DNA from: Nanobdellota archaeon
GTDB lineage: Archaea; Nanobdellota; Nanobdellia; Pacearchaeales; GW2011-AR1
Assembly (NCBI GenBank): GCA_038044925.1
Contig: JBBSZC010000004.1
Coordinates: forward strand, 11,166 to 75,165
Length of the DNA stretch: 64,000 nt
Direction of reading: 5' to 3'
Positions 19,327 to 27,925 of the stretch are shown here, one piece after another. How positions within the stretch are numbered: the stretch's first letter is position 1; each line of letters begins with the position of its first letter. The position numbers and the translations under genes were made by a program. The notes under the pieces are model-generated. The model had not been told where the DNA came from. It saw only the letters and a list, made by a program, of their open reading frames with translations, and ran no database searches.

Positions 19327-19581
19327 ATGAAAAAAATCAATCTTGTTATTCTTTTTGCATTTTTAATTAGTCTAAGCTTAATTGCAAATATTTCCGCTCT
19401 TGAAAATAATGCTAATAGTTGTCTGATGGGAGGAGTAATGTATGGATTTAATGGGAGTTATGGTTCAGGAACAATGATCTTGAGCTGGACTGTCTCTATA
19501 CTACTGATTGTGCTAATTATTGCTGGAATTTATTGGTTTATAAAATCTGCAAATAATAAAACTTCCGGAGGTAAAAAATGA
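19327..19581 (+). CDS. small secreted/membrane protein
   Basis: Signal-like N-terminus MKKINLVILFAFLISLSLIA plus a C-terminal TM. Confidence 0.35.
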   Translation: MKKINLVILFAFLISLSLIANISALENNANSCLMGGVMYGFNGSYGSGTMILSWTVSILLIVLIIAGIYWFIKSANNKTSGGKK

Positions 19582-19769
19582 AAGCAAATTTAAATATCAA
19601 AGGAATGCACTGCAAAAGTTGCGTTAAATTAATTGAAAGCGAGTTTCAAGATAAAGTTAATAGAATAAAGGTTGAAGAAAATGGCAAAGCTACTATTGAC
19701 TTTGACGAGAAAAAGATAAGTCTTCAGAATATCAAAGACACTATAAAAGAACTGGGCTATCAAGCTTAA
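19578..19769 (+). CDS. copZ: heavy-metal-associated (HMA) copper chaperone, CopZ-like
   Basis: IKGMHCKSCV MxCxxC motif; 63 aa. Confidence 0.75.
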   Translation: MKANLNIKGMHCKSCVKLIESEFQDKVNRIKVEENGKATIDFDEKKISLQNIKDTIKELGYQA

Positions 19770-19781
19770 TTATAAATCAAA

Positions 19782-20312
19782 ATGGCAGAAAAAACAAGAT
19801 GTGAAGAATGTGATAGAAATTTTCCAAGTTTGGATGCGTTATCAATGCATAACACCGCTAAACATAGTTCTACAATCGTAGAGAAAAAGAGATTATCAAA
19901 AAAATCAATTATGACCCTAGTGATTATAGCAATAATTTTGATTAGTGGTTTTTGGTTTGTTTATAATTCTTCAGGAAGAAATACTACTGGCAATGTAGTT
20001 AATGAAAATACTCTCAAAGATAATAAGGATAGCTCTAATCCATCAACAAATAACGAAATACAAAAAATAACATTAAGCATGAAGAACAATTATTATCCAA
20101 ATACTATTACTGTAAAATCCGGAGTTCCAGTTGAAATAACTTTAGATAGCAGTGTTGGAGGTTGTTATAGATCATTTAGTATACCTAAATTGGGTGTTTC
20201 TAAACGTTCGTCTAACCCTTCAGATACAATAAAGTTTACTCCAAGTCAAAAAGGAACTTTTAGATATCAATGCAGTATGGGCATGGGAACTGGAACTATA
20301 ATTGTAGAGTAA
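19782..20312 (+). CDS. membrane protein with N-terminal C2H2 zinc finger, one TM and a C-terminal cupredoxin-like domain
   Basis: CEECDRNFPSLDALSMHNTAKH fits C-x2-C-x12-H-x4-H; TM LVIIAIILISGFWFV; C-terminal domain homologous to 18.99-19.3 kb and 20.34-20.69 kb. Confidence 0.5.
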   Translation: MAEKTRCEECDRNFPSLDALSMHNTAKHSSTIVEKKRLSKKSIMTLVIIAIILISGFWFVYNSSGRNTTGNVVNENTLKDNKDSSNPSTNNEIQKITLSMKNNYYPNTITVKSGVPVEITLDSSVGGCYRSFSIPKLGVSKRSSNPSDTIKFTPSQKGTFRYQCSMGMGTGTIIVE

Positions 20313-20337
20313 AAAAGAAAGGAGGTTAAAAAACAAA

Positions 20338-20694
20338 ATGAATAAAACAGCAGTTATTATTGGGGTTGTGGCGATACTTTTAGTAAGCAGTATTTTTGTG
20401 TTGAAATCCTTTACAGGAAATTCTATTCAAGAAAAGGATGTAAAAGAATTTACAATTAAAGCATTTAGATTTGGCTACGCTCCCGGCACAATAACAGTAA
20501 ATCAAGGAGACAAAGTTAAACTAATAATAAATAATACAGATACTCTTCATGGAATAAGAATACCTGACTTAGCCGTTAGGGGAGATGAAATTTTAGAGTT
20601 TACAGCAGATAAACAAGGAGAATTTACTTGGTATTGCGCTAATATGTGTGGAAAAGACCATATGCAAATGCAAGGTAAATTATTAGTGAAATAA
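20338..20694 (+). CDS. cytochrome oxidase subunit II-like cupredoxin (CuA-type motif) with N-terminal TM
   Basis: HGIRIPDL and YCANMCGKDHMQM match the COX II H...CxxxCxxxHxxM CuA ligand pattern. Confidence 0.6.
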   Translation: MNKTAVIIGVVAILLVSSIFVLKSFTGNSIQEKDVKEFTIKAFRFGYAPGTITVNQGDKVKLIINNTDTLHGIRIPDLAVRGDEILEFTADKQGEFTWYCANMCGKDHMQMQGKLLVK

Positions 20695-20695
20695 G

Positions 20696-20920
20696 ATGAT
20701 ATTGATAATAGGGCAAACACTTATTTATTGGACAGGAATACTAACCGGGATTTTCTTTATTTTTTCTTTTTTAGGGTGTTGTTGTCATACTAAACTTTGC
20801 AAATATTCTATTTTCGGAAAAGTAGGAAAGTATCATAAATTTTTTATTTATCTTGCTTTATTATTTTTTATCATACATGCATCTCTTGCAATAATGACTA
20901 AATTTGGAGTAATCATTTAG
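20696..20920 (+). CDS. small Cys-rich membrane protein
   Basis: Two TM helices flanking GCCCHTKLCKY. Confidence 0.3.
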   Translation: MILIIGQTLIYWTGILTGIFFIFSFLGCCCHTKLCKYSIFGKVGKYHKFFIYLALLFFIIHASLAIMTKFGVII

Positions 20921-20939
20921 AACCGAAAGGTTTAAATAC

Positions 20940-21344
20940 TTGAACAATTGTTCAATTAATACAATGAAACAAACACAAGAAACAAAACAACCAGCAGACA
21001 AGAAGGTCATTCAGTTTTTTTCTAGCCTTGCCGACGAAACAAGACTAAAAATATTGTTAAGCCTGACAAAGGGTCCAAAAACTGTTAATGGGATATATGA
21101 TTATGTTGGAAGAGAAAAAGTATCATTATCTGCTATTTCACATCAATTAAAATTTTTAAGCGATATAGACATGGTCCAACATAAAAGAAATGGTCAGGAA
21201 AAGAATTTCGAGTTATCAAATGATTTCTGTTGGTGTATAATAAGAGATGTTTTCAAACACTTTGATGGAAATTCAAAAAAATTCAATGAGTGCTGCGGAT
21301 GTTCAGATAAAAAATCAGAGAAAAGAGGGGGAGGACAAGATTAA
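20940..21344 (+). CDS. ArsR/SmtB-family metal-responsive transcriptional regulator with a Cys-rich C-terminus
   Basis: HTH LADETRLKILLSLTKGPKTVNGIYDYV; C-terminal CWC...CCGCSD. Confidence 0.75.
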   Translation: MNNCSINTMKQTQETKQPADKKVIQFFSSLADETRLKILLSLTKGPKTVNGIYDYVGREKVSLSAISHQLKFLSDIDMVQHKRNGQEKNFELSNDFCWCIIRDVFKHFDGNSKKFNECCGCSDKKSEKRGGGQD

Positions 21345-21963
21345 AAAGACAAATGTTTCAACAAACCCCATTAGCGGAAAAATAATTGCGATTGTATTGA
21401 CAGTTGCAATATTGATCATAGGAACTTTCTTTTATTTTATTGCTAGTGGCAATTCTAGCGGGGCTGTTGTAAGTAATTCTGGAGAAATGAATTCAAATGT
21501 TCCTCAAGAACAGATGAAAACTAATGATAATTCTAATACTATCGGAAGCAATCTAGAAGAACCAATGAATGGTAAGGGTTCTAGTGAAGAAGAAACGCAA
21601 AATTCTAATTCTCTATTCAATCATATTTTGCAGGAAAATAAAATTTATATTAAAATAAATTCTGAAGGAATGCAAAAGTTGTTTTATTATTCTCCAGTCA
21701 ATGAACCAATTAATGTTCCATTATCAGAAGGAAATATCGGAGAATATCAAATTCATTCTATTGGCGGGCAAAAATATTATCCTTTAATTGTGGGCTATGA
21801 AGAAGCCAAAATAATGAGACAAGAGGGTCTTTTTTCTAATATTGGAGACCCAATTAAAAATTTCTTTGGAAAAAATGTTGTAATAGTCGGAGTAATGCAA
21901 AGAACAGGCGGAATGATGGATATGGTTCATTTAATACCTTTAAGTGAAGGAGAGTGGAATTAA
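21286..21963 (+). CDS. membrane-anchored extracytoplasmic protein with a Met-rich motif (putative copper binding)
   Basis: TM IIAIVLTVAILIIGTFFYFIA; C-terminal MQRTGGMMDMVH; start uncertain (overlaps the ArsR 3' end). Confidence 0.4.
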   Translation: MSAADVQIKNQRKEGEDKIKKTNVSTNPISGKIIAIVLTVAILIIGTFFYFIASGNSSGAVVSNSGEMNSNVPQEQMKTNDNSNTIGSNLEEPMNGKGSSEEETQNSNSLFNHILQENKIYIKINSEGMQKLFYYSPVNEPINVPLSEGNIGEYQIHSIGGQKYYPLIVGYEEAKIMRQEGLFSNIGDPIKNFFGKNVVIVGVMQRTGGMMDMVHLIPLSEGEWN

Positions 21964-21964
21964 A

Positions 21965-24157
21965 ATGGTTCAAAAACTTAACCTTAGCATTACTGGAATG
22001 CATTGTCAAAGTTGCGTAACTTTATTGACAAAGGGGATTCAAAGAGACCCGGGAGTAAAGTATGTAAATGTTAATTATGCAACTGAAAAAGCCGCTGTGG
22101 AATTTGATGAGTCTAAAACAAATCATGATAAGATAATTCAAATTATTTCAGGATTAGGATACAGCGCAAGACCCATTACAGGAGAAACTAATCCAGAATA
22201 TGAAAATCAAAAGAAACAGGCCGAAATAAAGAAACTAAAAAATACTTTTATATTCAGCTTAATATTTGCATTTCCTGCGTTGATGATAGGTATGGTTTTA
22301 ATGTGGTTTGGAATAGATGTTCCTTATAAAAATTTTATTTTATTTTTGCTTGCAACGCCTGTCCAATTTATTGTAGGATGGGATATTTACAAAAGTGCAT
22401 TTGGAGCATTAAAAAATAAGTCTGCTAATATGGATAGTTTGATCGCTATTGGAACAAGTGCGGCTTATTTCTATAGTCTTTATGTTATTATGTTTAGTCC
22501 AATGGGCGATCAATATTTTGAAGCAGCAGCTGTCCTAATCACATTTGTAATCTTGGGGAGATATTTAGAAGCTGTTGCAAAAGGAAAAACAAGCGAAGCA
22601 ATAAAAAAACTAATGAATCTATCTCCAAAAATAGCAACAGTTATAAGAAATGGGCAAGAAGTCAAGATTCCTGTTGATGAAGTAGTTGTTAATGATGTTG
22701 TAATTGTTAAACCTGGTGAAAAAGTTCCAGTTGATGGCGTAATTATTGAAGGAGAAAGTGCTATTGATGAATCTATGATTACCGGAGAATCAATGCCAAT
22801 TGAAAAAAATAAAGGAGATACTGTTATTGGAGCAACAATCAATAAACATGGTTCGTTTAAATTCAAAGCAACAAAAGTTGGGGCAAATTCTACTTTAGCA
22901 CAAATCATAAAACTAATAGAAGATGCACAGGGAAAGAAAGCTCCAATTCAAAGATTTGCAGATAAAATTTCGGCTTATTTTGTTCCCGCAGTAATCTTAA
23001 TAGCTATCTTATCATTTGTAGTATGGTATTTTGTTGTTGGTCAAACATTTGAATTTTCTTTAATAATTGCAGTTTCTGTTCTAGTTATAGCATGTCCTTG
23101 CGCTTTGGGATTAGCAACTCCAACTGCTATAATGGTTGGAACAGGAAAAGGAGCTGAAAAAGGTATTTTAATCAAAGGCGGAGACGCTCTTGAAACAGCC
23201 CATAAACTTTATGCAGTAGTATTTGATAAAACAGGAACCTTAACTCAAGGAAAACCAGAAGTTACTGATGTTGTATCTGTAAAAAATATGGATGAAGATG
23301 AAGTTTTGAAATTTGCAGCAAGTGTTGAACAATTTAGCGAACATCCATTAGCTCAGGCTATTGTAAACAAGACAAAAGAGAAAAATATCAAATTAGAAGA
23401 CATAAAGAACTTTAAAGCAATCCCAGGACATGGTGTTGAAGGGATGTTAAAAAGAAAGAAAATAATTGTAGGAAAGCCCGAATATATTAGAAAACTTGCA
23501 GGTCTTGGATCATTTGAAAATAAAATTGCAGAACTAGAAGGAAATGGAAAGACTGTTGTTGTTCTTTGCATTGATAAAAAGGTAGAAGGATTCATAGGAA
23601 TTGCAGATACTCCTAGACAAGATTCAATAGAAGCAGTTAAGGAATTGCAAAAACAAAAAATCTATGTTTATATGATTACTGGAGATAATAAAAGAACTGC
23701 TAATGCTATTGCTAAACAATTGGGAATTACGCATGTTATATCTGAAGTTCTTCCTGAAGACAAAGCTAAACATGTTAAAGAATTGCAGAAAAAAGGAAAA
23801 GTTGCAATGGTTGGAGATGGAATTAATGATGCTCCTGCGCTAGCTCGAGCAGATATCGGTATTGCAATTGGTTCTGGAACTGATGTTGCAATGGAAACAG
23901 GCAATGTTGTTTTAATGAATAATAAAACAACAGATGTTGCAAAAGCGATTAAATTAAGCAAGGTTACAATCAGAAAAATAAAACAGAATATGTTCTGGGC
24001 ATTATTCTATAATGCTCTTGGAATACCTATTGCAGCAGGAGCATTATATTCCTCAACAGGCTGGTTATTATCACCAATAATTGCAGGAGGAGCAATGGCT
24101 TTGTCATCAGTTAGTGTTGTTCTAAATACATTAATGATGAAGAGGACTAAAATTTAA
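21965..24157 (+). CDS. copA: copper-translocating P1B-type ATPase CopA
   Basis: HMA ITGMHCQSCV; TGES; CPC in ACPCALGLATP; DKTGTLT; GDGINDAP. Confidence 0.9.
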   Translation: MVQKLNLSITGMHCQSCVTLLTKGIQRDPGVKYVNVNYATEKAAVEFDESKTNHDKIIQIISGLGYSARPITGETNPEYENQKKQAEIKKLKNTFIFSLIFAFPALMIGMVLMWFGIDVPYKNFILFLLATPVQFIVGWDIYKSAFGALKNKSANMDSLIAIGTSAAYFYSLYVIMFSPMGDQYFEAAAVLITFVILGRYLEAVAKGKTSEAIKKLMNLSPKIATVIRNGQEVKIPVDEVVVNDVVIVKPGEKVPVDGVIIEGESAIDESMITGESMPIEKNKGDTVIGATINKHGSFKFKATKVGANSTLAQIIKLIEDAQGKKAPIQRFADKISAYFVPAVILIAILSFVVWYFVVGQTFEFSLIIAVSVLVIACPCALGLATPTAIMVGTGKGAEKGILIKGGDALETAHKLYAVVFDKTGTLTQGKPEVTDVVSVKNMDEDEVLKFAASVEQFSEHPLAQAIVNKTKEKNIKLEDIKNFKAIPGHGVEGMLKRKKIIVGKPEYIRKLAGLGSFENKIAELEGNGKTVVVLCIDKKVEGFIGIADTPRQDSIEAVKELQKQKIYVYMITGDNKRTANAIAKQLGITHVISEVLPEDKAKHVKELQKKGKVAMVGDGINDAPALARADIGIAIGSGTDVAMETGNVVLMNNKTTDVAKAIKLSKVTIRKIKQNMFWALFYNALGIPIAAGALYSSTGWLLSPIIAGGAMALSSVSVVLNTLMMKRTKI

Positions 24158-24158
24158 A

Positions 24159-24293
24159 ATGGATTGCTGCAGTTCTACTAAATCAGAAGATTGTTGCGAA
24201 GATAAAACTTTTGCAGTTGCAATGACAATACTAATTTTATTAATTTTGGGCTTGCTTTCATATATTTTCTTTTTTAATGGAGGATTAAGATGA
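24159..24293 (+). CDS. 44-aa Cys-rich micro-protein with one TM
   Basis: ORF not in the track: MDCCSSTKSEDCCEDK then hydrophobic helix; starts 2 nt after the CopA stop. Confidence 0.35.
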   Translation: MDCCSSTKSEDCCEDKTFAVAMTILILLILGLLSYIFFFNGGLR

Positions 24294-24335
24294 ATAAAAA
24301 TCATAACTGCAAAAAAAGTAAAAGTAAAAAAAGAT

Positions 24336-24602
24336 TTATTTGGAGTATTTATTATAAATAATAGCAAATACCCATCCTGCAACAAATCCAATTACTGTAA
24401 TGACGACAGTTCCGATCAAACCTTGCATTATATTAGGAGTTGTTTTAATCGCGTTTAAATCAATTCCATGAAAAAATAAATTAAAAAATTTTGTAGAAGA
24501 ATCTCCCAAAAATAAAACTGCTAGCAAACAAAGAATCGATAGAATAAATGTTATTGATGCAAGAGCTATTCCAGTTCCTTTAGGACTAATTTTTTGTGCC
24601 AC
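24336..24602 (-). CDS. small two-TM membrane protein
   Basis: 88-aa ORF with two hydrophobic helices. Confidence 0.35.
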   Translation of the reverse strand: MAQKISPKGTGIALASITFILSILCLLAVLFLGDSSTKFFNLFFHGIDLNAIKTTPNIMQGLIGTVVITVIGFVAGWVFAIIYNKYSK

Positions 24603-24827
24603 TTTTACCTCCTTATGACTTCAAAGAAATTAACAATTTTAAACCTTTCTGTCTTTTAAAGTTAAACTCTGCAAAATTGGGCAGCAGGGGTACTTAAGAA
24701 TTTTAAATCAGATGTAATCAAAGAAATAATTTTAGTTCTGTTTGATTAGGAAGATTATAATGTTTATAAAAAAGTGCTAGGTTTTTAGAATGAAAACAGA
24801 TTTAAATGAGATTATAATTGATTAACC

Positions 24828-26390
24828 ATGATTGAGTTATTAAAAAAATATTTTGGTTATAATGAATTTAGGCCCATGCAATTAGATATTATAGACCATG
24901 TTCTAAAAAATAAAGATTCTCTTGTGATTATGCCAACAGGCGGTGGAAAGTCTATTTGTTACCAGCTTCCCACATTAAAGTTGGAAGGGCTTACTCTAGT
25001 TATTTCGCCTCTTATCTCTTTAATGAAAGACCAAGTAGATAGTTTAAGAGCGAATGGCATTAATGCAGAGTACATTAATTCAACTCTCTTTCCTGAGGAG
25101 ATTAGTTTAATTCAAGATAAAATTCAAAAAAAAGAAATAAAACTTCTTTATATTGCTCCTGAAAGATTAGCATTAGAAGAGTTTAAAGTATTTTTGAGTA
25201 CATTGCAGATTAGTTTAATTGCTATAGATGAAGCCCATTGTATTTCTGAATGGGGTCATGATTTTCGACCAGAATATAGAAATTTAAAATCTTTAAGAAT
25301 ACTTTTTCCAGACGCCCCCATAATCGCTTTAACCGCAACAGCTACAGAAAGAGTAAGAATAGACATATTAAAACAATTATCCTTAAGAGAGCCTAAACTA
25401 TTCATCTCGAGTTTTAATAGAAAAAATCTAAATTTAATGGTTGTAGAAAAAAAGAAAACTGTGGAAAGGATTATAAAAATGCTTGAAGAATATGCAGATG
25501 AATCAGTTATTATCTACTGTTTTTCTCGTAAGGATTCTGAAAACATTGGTGAAAGATTAAGAAATCATGGATTTGATGCTCTTCCCTATCATGCAGGACT
25601 TGATAATGAAACAAGAAAAAAGAATCAGGACATGTTTATTAAAGATAAAGTTAATATTATTGTAGCAACAATTGCATTTGGAATGGGCATTAATAAACCA
25701 GATGTTAGATTAATTATTCATCATACTTTTCCAAAAACACTTGAAGGTTATTATCAGGAAATAGGAAGGGCAGGAAGGGATGGGCTTTCAAGTGATTGTG
25801 TGCTTTTTTATTCAAGAGGAGATAGAAGAAAGCATGAATTTTTTATTGATAAAATAGAAGATGAAACGACAAAGAACAATGCAAGAACTAAATTAAATCA
25901 GGTCATGAATTATTGTGAAGATCTTTCTTGCAGAAGAAAACAAATACTCAAATATTTTGGAGAGGATTTTTTAGAGGCTAACTGCGGAGCCTGTGATTCC
26001 TGCATGGATTTATCAAAACCTGGGAAAACAGAGCAGAAAGTCTTAATTTCAAAAGAAAAAGGGAAAGTTATAGAATATAACCATGAATTATTTGAGAAAT
26101 TGAGAATTCTAAGAAAGAAGATTGCTACTCAAAGAAATGTTCCTCCTTTTATAATATTCGGAGATGTTTCATTAAGAGAAATGGCTAGCCATCTTCCAAG
26201 TAATAATGAAGAATTCTTAAATATTAAAGGAGTTGGACAGCAAAAATTAAAAGATTTTGGAGACTTGTTTCTAGATGCCATTAAAAACTACCTAAAAGAA
26301 AAAAGAGATGGAGATAATGGGGATATCTTAGATTATGCTCAAGATGAAAATAACTCCGGAACAGATTATCATGAAAGATTAAAAAAATAA
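24828..26390 (+). CDS. recQ: RecQ-family ATP-dependent DNA helicase with HRDC-like C-terminus
   Basis: FRPMQLDII, MPTGGGKSICYQLP, DEAHCISEWGHDFR, zinc-binding Cys cluster; C-terminal region HRDC-like. Confidence 0.85.
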   Translation: MIELLKKYFGYNEFRPMQLDIIDHVLKNKDSLVIMPTGGGKSICYQLPTLKLEGLTLVISPLISLMKDQVDSLRANGINAEYINSTLFPEEISLIQDKIQKKEIKLLYIAPERLALEEFKVFLSTLQISLIAIDEAHCISEWGHDFRPEYRNLKSLRILFPDAPIIALTATATERVRIDILKQLSLREPKLFISSFNRKNLNLMVVEKKKTVERIIKMLEEYADESVIIYCFSRKDSENIGERLRNHGFDALPYHAGLDNETRKKNQDMFIKDKVNIIVATIAFGMGINKPDVRLIIHHTFPKTLEGYYQEIGRAGRDGLSSDCVLFYSRGDRRKHEFFIDKIEDETTKNNARTKLNQVMNYCEDLSCRRKQILKYFGEDFLEANCGACDSCMDLSKPGKTEQKVLISKEKGKVIEYNHELFEKLRILRKKIATQRNVPPFIIFGDVSLREMASHLPSNNEEFLNIKGVGQQKLKDFGDLFLDAIKNYLKEKRDGDNGDILDYAQDENNSGTDYHERLKK

Positions 26391-26554
26391 GAGAAAGTTA
26401 TGCTAATGCTTATGAACCCTGGAAACAAGAAGAAGATGAAAAATTAAAAATATTAAATTATGAAAATAAAACTATTTCTGAAATTGCACAAATTCTAATG
26501 CGACAGCCTAGTGCGATTAGGTCAAGATTAAGGAAATTTGGTTTAGCAAAGTGA
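26375..26554 (+). other. ORF without a start codon in the -1 frame directly after RecQ, encoding a Myb/SANT-like HTH; possible frameshift-fused RecQ extension
   Basis: EPWKQEEDEKLKILNYENKTISEIAQILMRQPSAIRSRLRKFG; entered from the RecQ frame by a -1 slip in A7 at 26381-26387. Confidence 0.3.
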
Positions 26555-26686
26555 TTATGGCAGTAATTTTACACTAAAAGAATAAAAACTTCATGATACA
26601 TAATTTGTAACACATTTTGTAACACTTTTTATATCATTTTACCGACGGTACGCAAAATTTATATAGTTTGAAGTACTAATTATTTT

Positions 26687-26884
26687 ATGAATAAATACTA
26701 CCAAAAGATGATTTATTTTCCTGAAATATTTGGAAATGTAATTGATGAATTTGATAAACTTATTGTAAAAGATCTTAGATACGCAGAACCTAAGATAAAA
26801 GGCAAAGGGTCTTTCAGTAAATTTGTAAGAGTTCGTATGCTTGTCTATATTAAAAGAAGAAACGAGGAATTGATACAGGAGTAG
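26687..26884 (+). CDS. hypothetical small protein
   Basis: 65-aa ORF. Confidence 0.25.
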   Translation: MNKYYQKMIYFPEIFGNVIDEFDKLIVKDLRYAEPKIKGKGSFSKFVRVRMLVYIKRRNEELIQE

Positions 26885-26982
26885 AAGGAGAAAGAAAGCA
26901 ATTACCTTCTAATAAAAGGTCTTCTGAGATTCATATTATTTTGTAAAGGTTTTTTGAAACATTTTTGTTTGTGTATTAAAAA

Positions 26983-27273
26983 TTACCATTCAACTTTTAG
27001 ACAAGCAGGAAGTTTCCCTTTCAATCTTTTTTGTTCTGCAAAATAATGTTTTCTACATAAATAACTCCATCCTTTCTTTTTGCTATTTTTCATTGCACAT
27101 GGATAAACTTCTGCATAAGCTATATTTGTGCATTTTCCTTTAAAGTCACAGCATGGAAATTTTTTTCTATTTTTCAATATTTTAAATCTTATTATAGAAT
27201 CTGCTTTTTCATTCTTATTTTTGAGAATTCTTAATTTTCCCTGTTTATCATAATATTTTTTTATAATTTTCAT
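26983..27273 (-). CDS. small Cys/His-rich (zinc-ribbon-like) protein
   Basis: PCCDFKGKC...YPC...LCRKHYF; start set at the ATG 2 nt after the upstream gene stop. Confidence 0.3.
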   Translation of the reverse strand: MKIIKKYYDKQGKLRILKNKNEKADSIIRFKILKNRKKFPCCDFKGKCTNIAYAEVYPCAMKNSKKKGWSYLCRKHYFAEQKRLKGKLPACLKVEW

Positions 27274-27274
27274 T

Positions 27275-27607
27275 TCAGTAGTGAAACCTTCTTCCATAAT
27301 CTTTATGATTAAACCACTCAAGGATAACTGCTAATATCTGAACTTTATTTGGAGTTTTAATAGTATAAATCAGTCTCCATCTATCTGGCAAATCATATTT
27401 CCAAAGATTATTTATTTGGTATTTTTGTATATATTCTTTTGGAAAAAGTCTTTTTGGAATGGGAATTCCACAAAAAGCATTTTGTTTTATATCCCCTATT
27501 GCTCTCTTAATATACTCTTTAATTTCATCGCTTTCTTCTAATTCAACAAATTCTTTTTCAATCTTATCTTCAGCAAAAACAACTTCAGAGGGTTTTAAAA
27601 ATCTCAT
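27275..27607 (-). CDS. RelE/ParE-superfamily toxin-like protein
   Basis: C-terminal WKYDLPDRWRLIYTIKTPNKVQILAVILEWFNHKDY resembles the RelE/YoeB core strands and a Tyr near the C-terminus. Confidence 0.45.
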   Translation of the reverse strand: MRFLKPSEVVFAEDKIEKEFVELEESDEIKEYIKRAIGDIKQNAFCGIPIPKRLFPKEYIQKYQINNLWKYDLPDRWRLIYTIKTPNKVQILAVILEWFNHKDYGRRFHY

Positions 27608-27608
27608 A

Positions 27609-27878
27609 TTAGTATCTTTTTCTATTCATAAATTTTTTTGCAGATTCTGGGCTCCAAATATAGACTAAGATTCCTTCTTTGCTTACTGCTATCTTGTTTA
27701 TGCTTTGTAAATAATTCAAGATAACTAAATAAGTCTGCCACATAACTTTTTTAGGTAATTTTTTCCATAATTCTGTTCTATTAAATTCTCCACTATATTC
27801 TTCAATAGTTCTCTCTACCATTAAAACTGTTTCTAAAGTCGGGCTTCTTGCTATTGGATTTATTCTTTCTGTTTCCAT
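27609..27878 (-). CDS. hypothetical small protein (candidate partner of the RelE-like ORF)
   Basis: 89-aa ORF ending 1 nt before the RelE-like start. Confidence 0.3.
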   Translation of the reverse strand: METERINPIARSPTLETVLMVERTIEEYSGEFNRTELWKKLPKKVMWQTYLVILNYLQSINKIAVSKEGILVYIWSPESAKKFMNRKRY

Positions 27879-27925
27879 AATATATTATATATCAATTGAT
27901 ATATAAATCTTTCGTTTTATGTAGC

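Noticed and set aside
22510-23961. Minus-strand ORFs inside copA (22510-22908, 23353-23595, 23668-23961)
   Set aside because: Antisense to a confidently identified P-type ATPase; no independent support.
24131-24391. ORF 24131-24391 (-)
   Set aside because: It overlaps the copA 3' end and the opposite-strand Cys-rich micro-ORF. The plus-strand 44-aa ORF, with a start 2 nt after the copA stop, is the better explanation of this segment.
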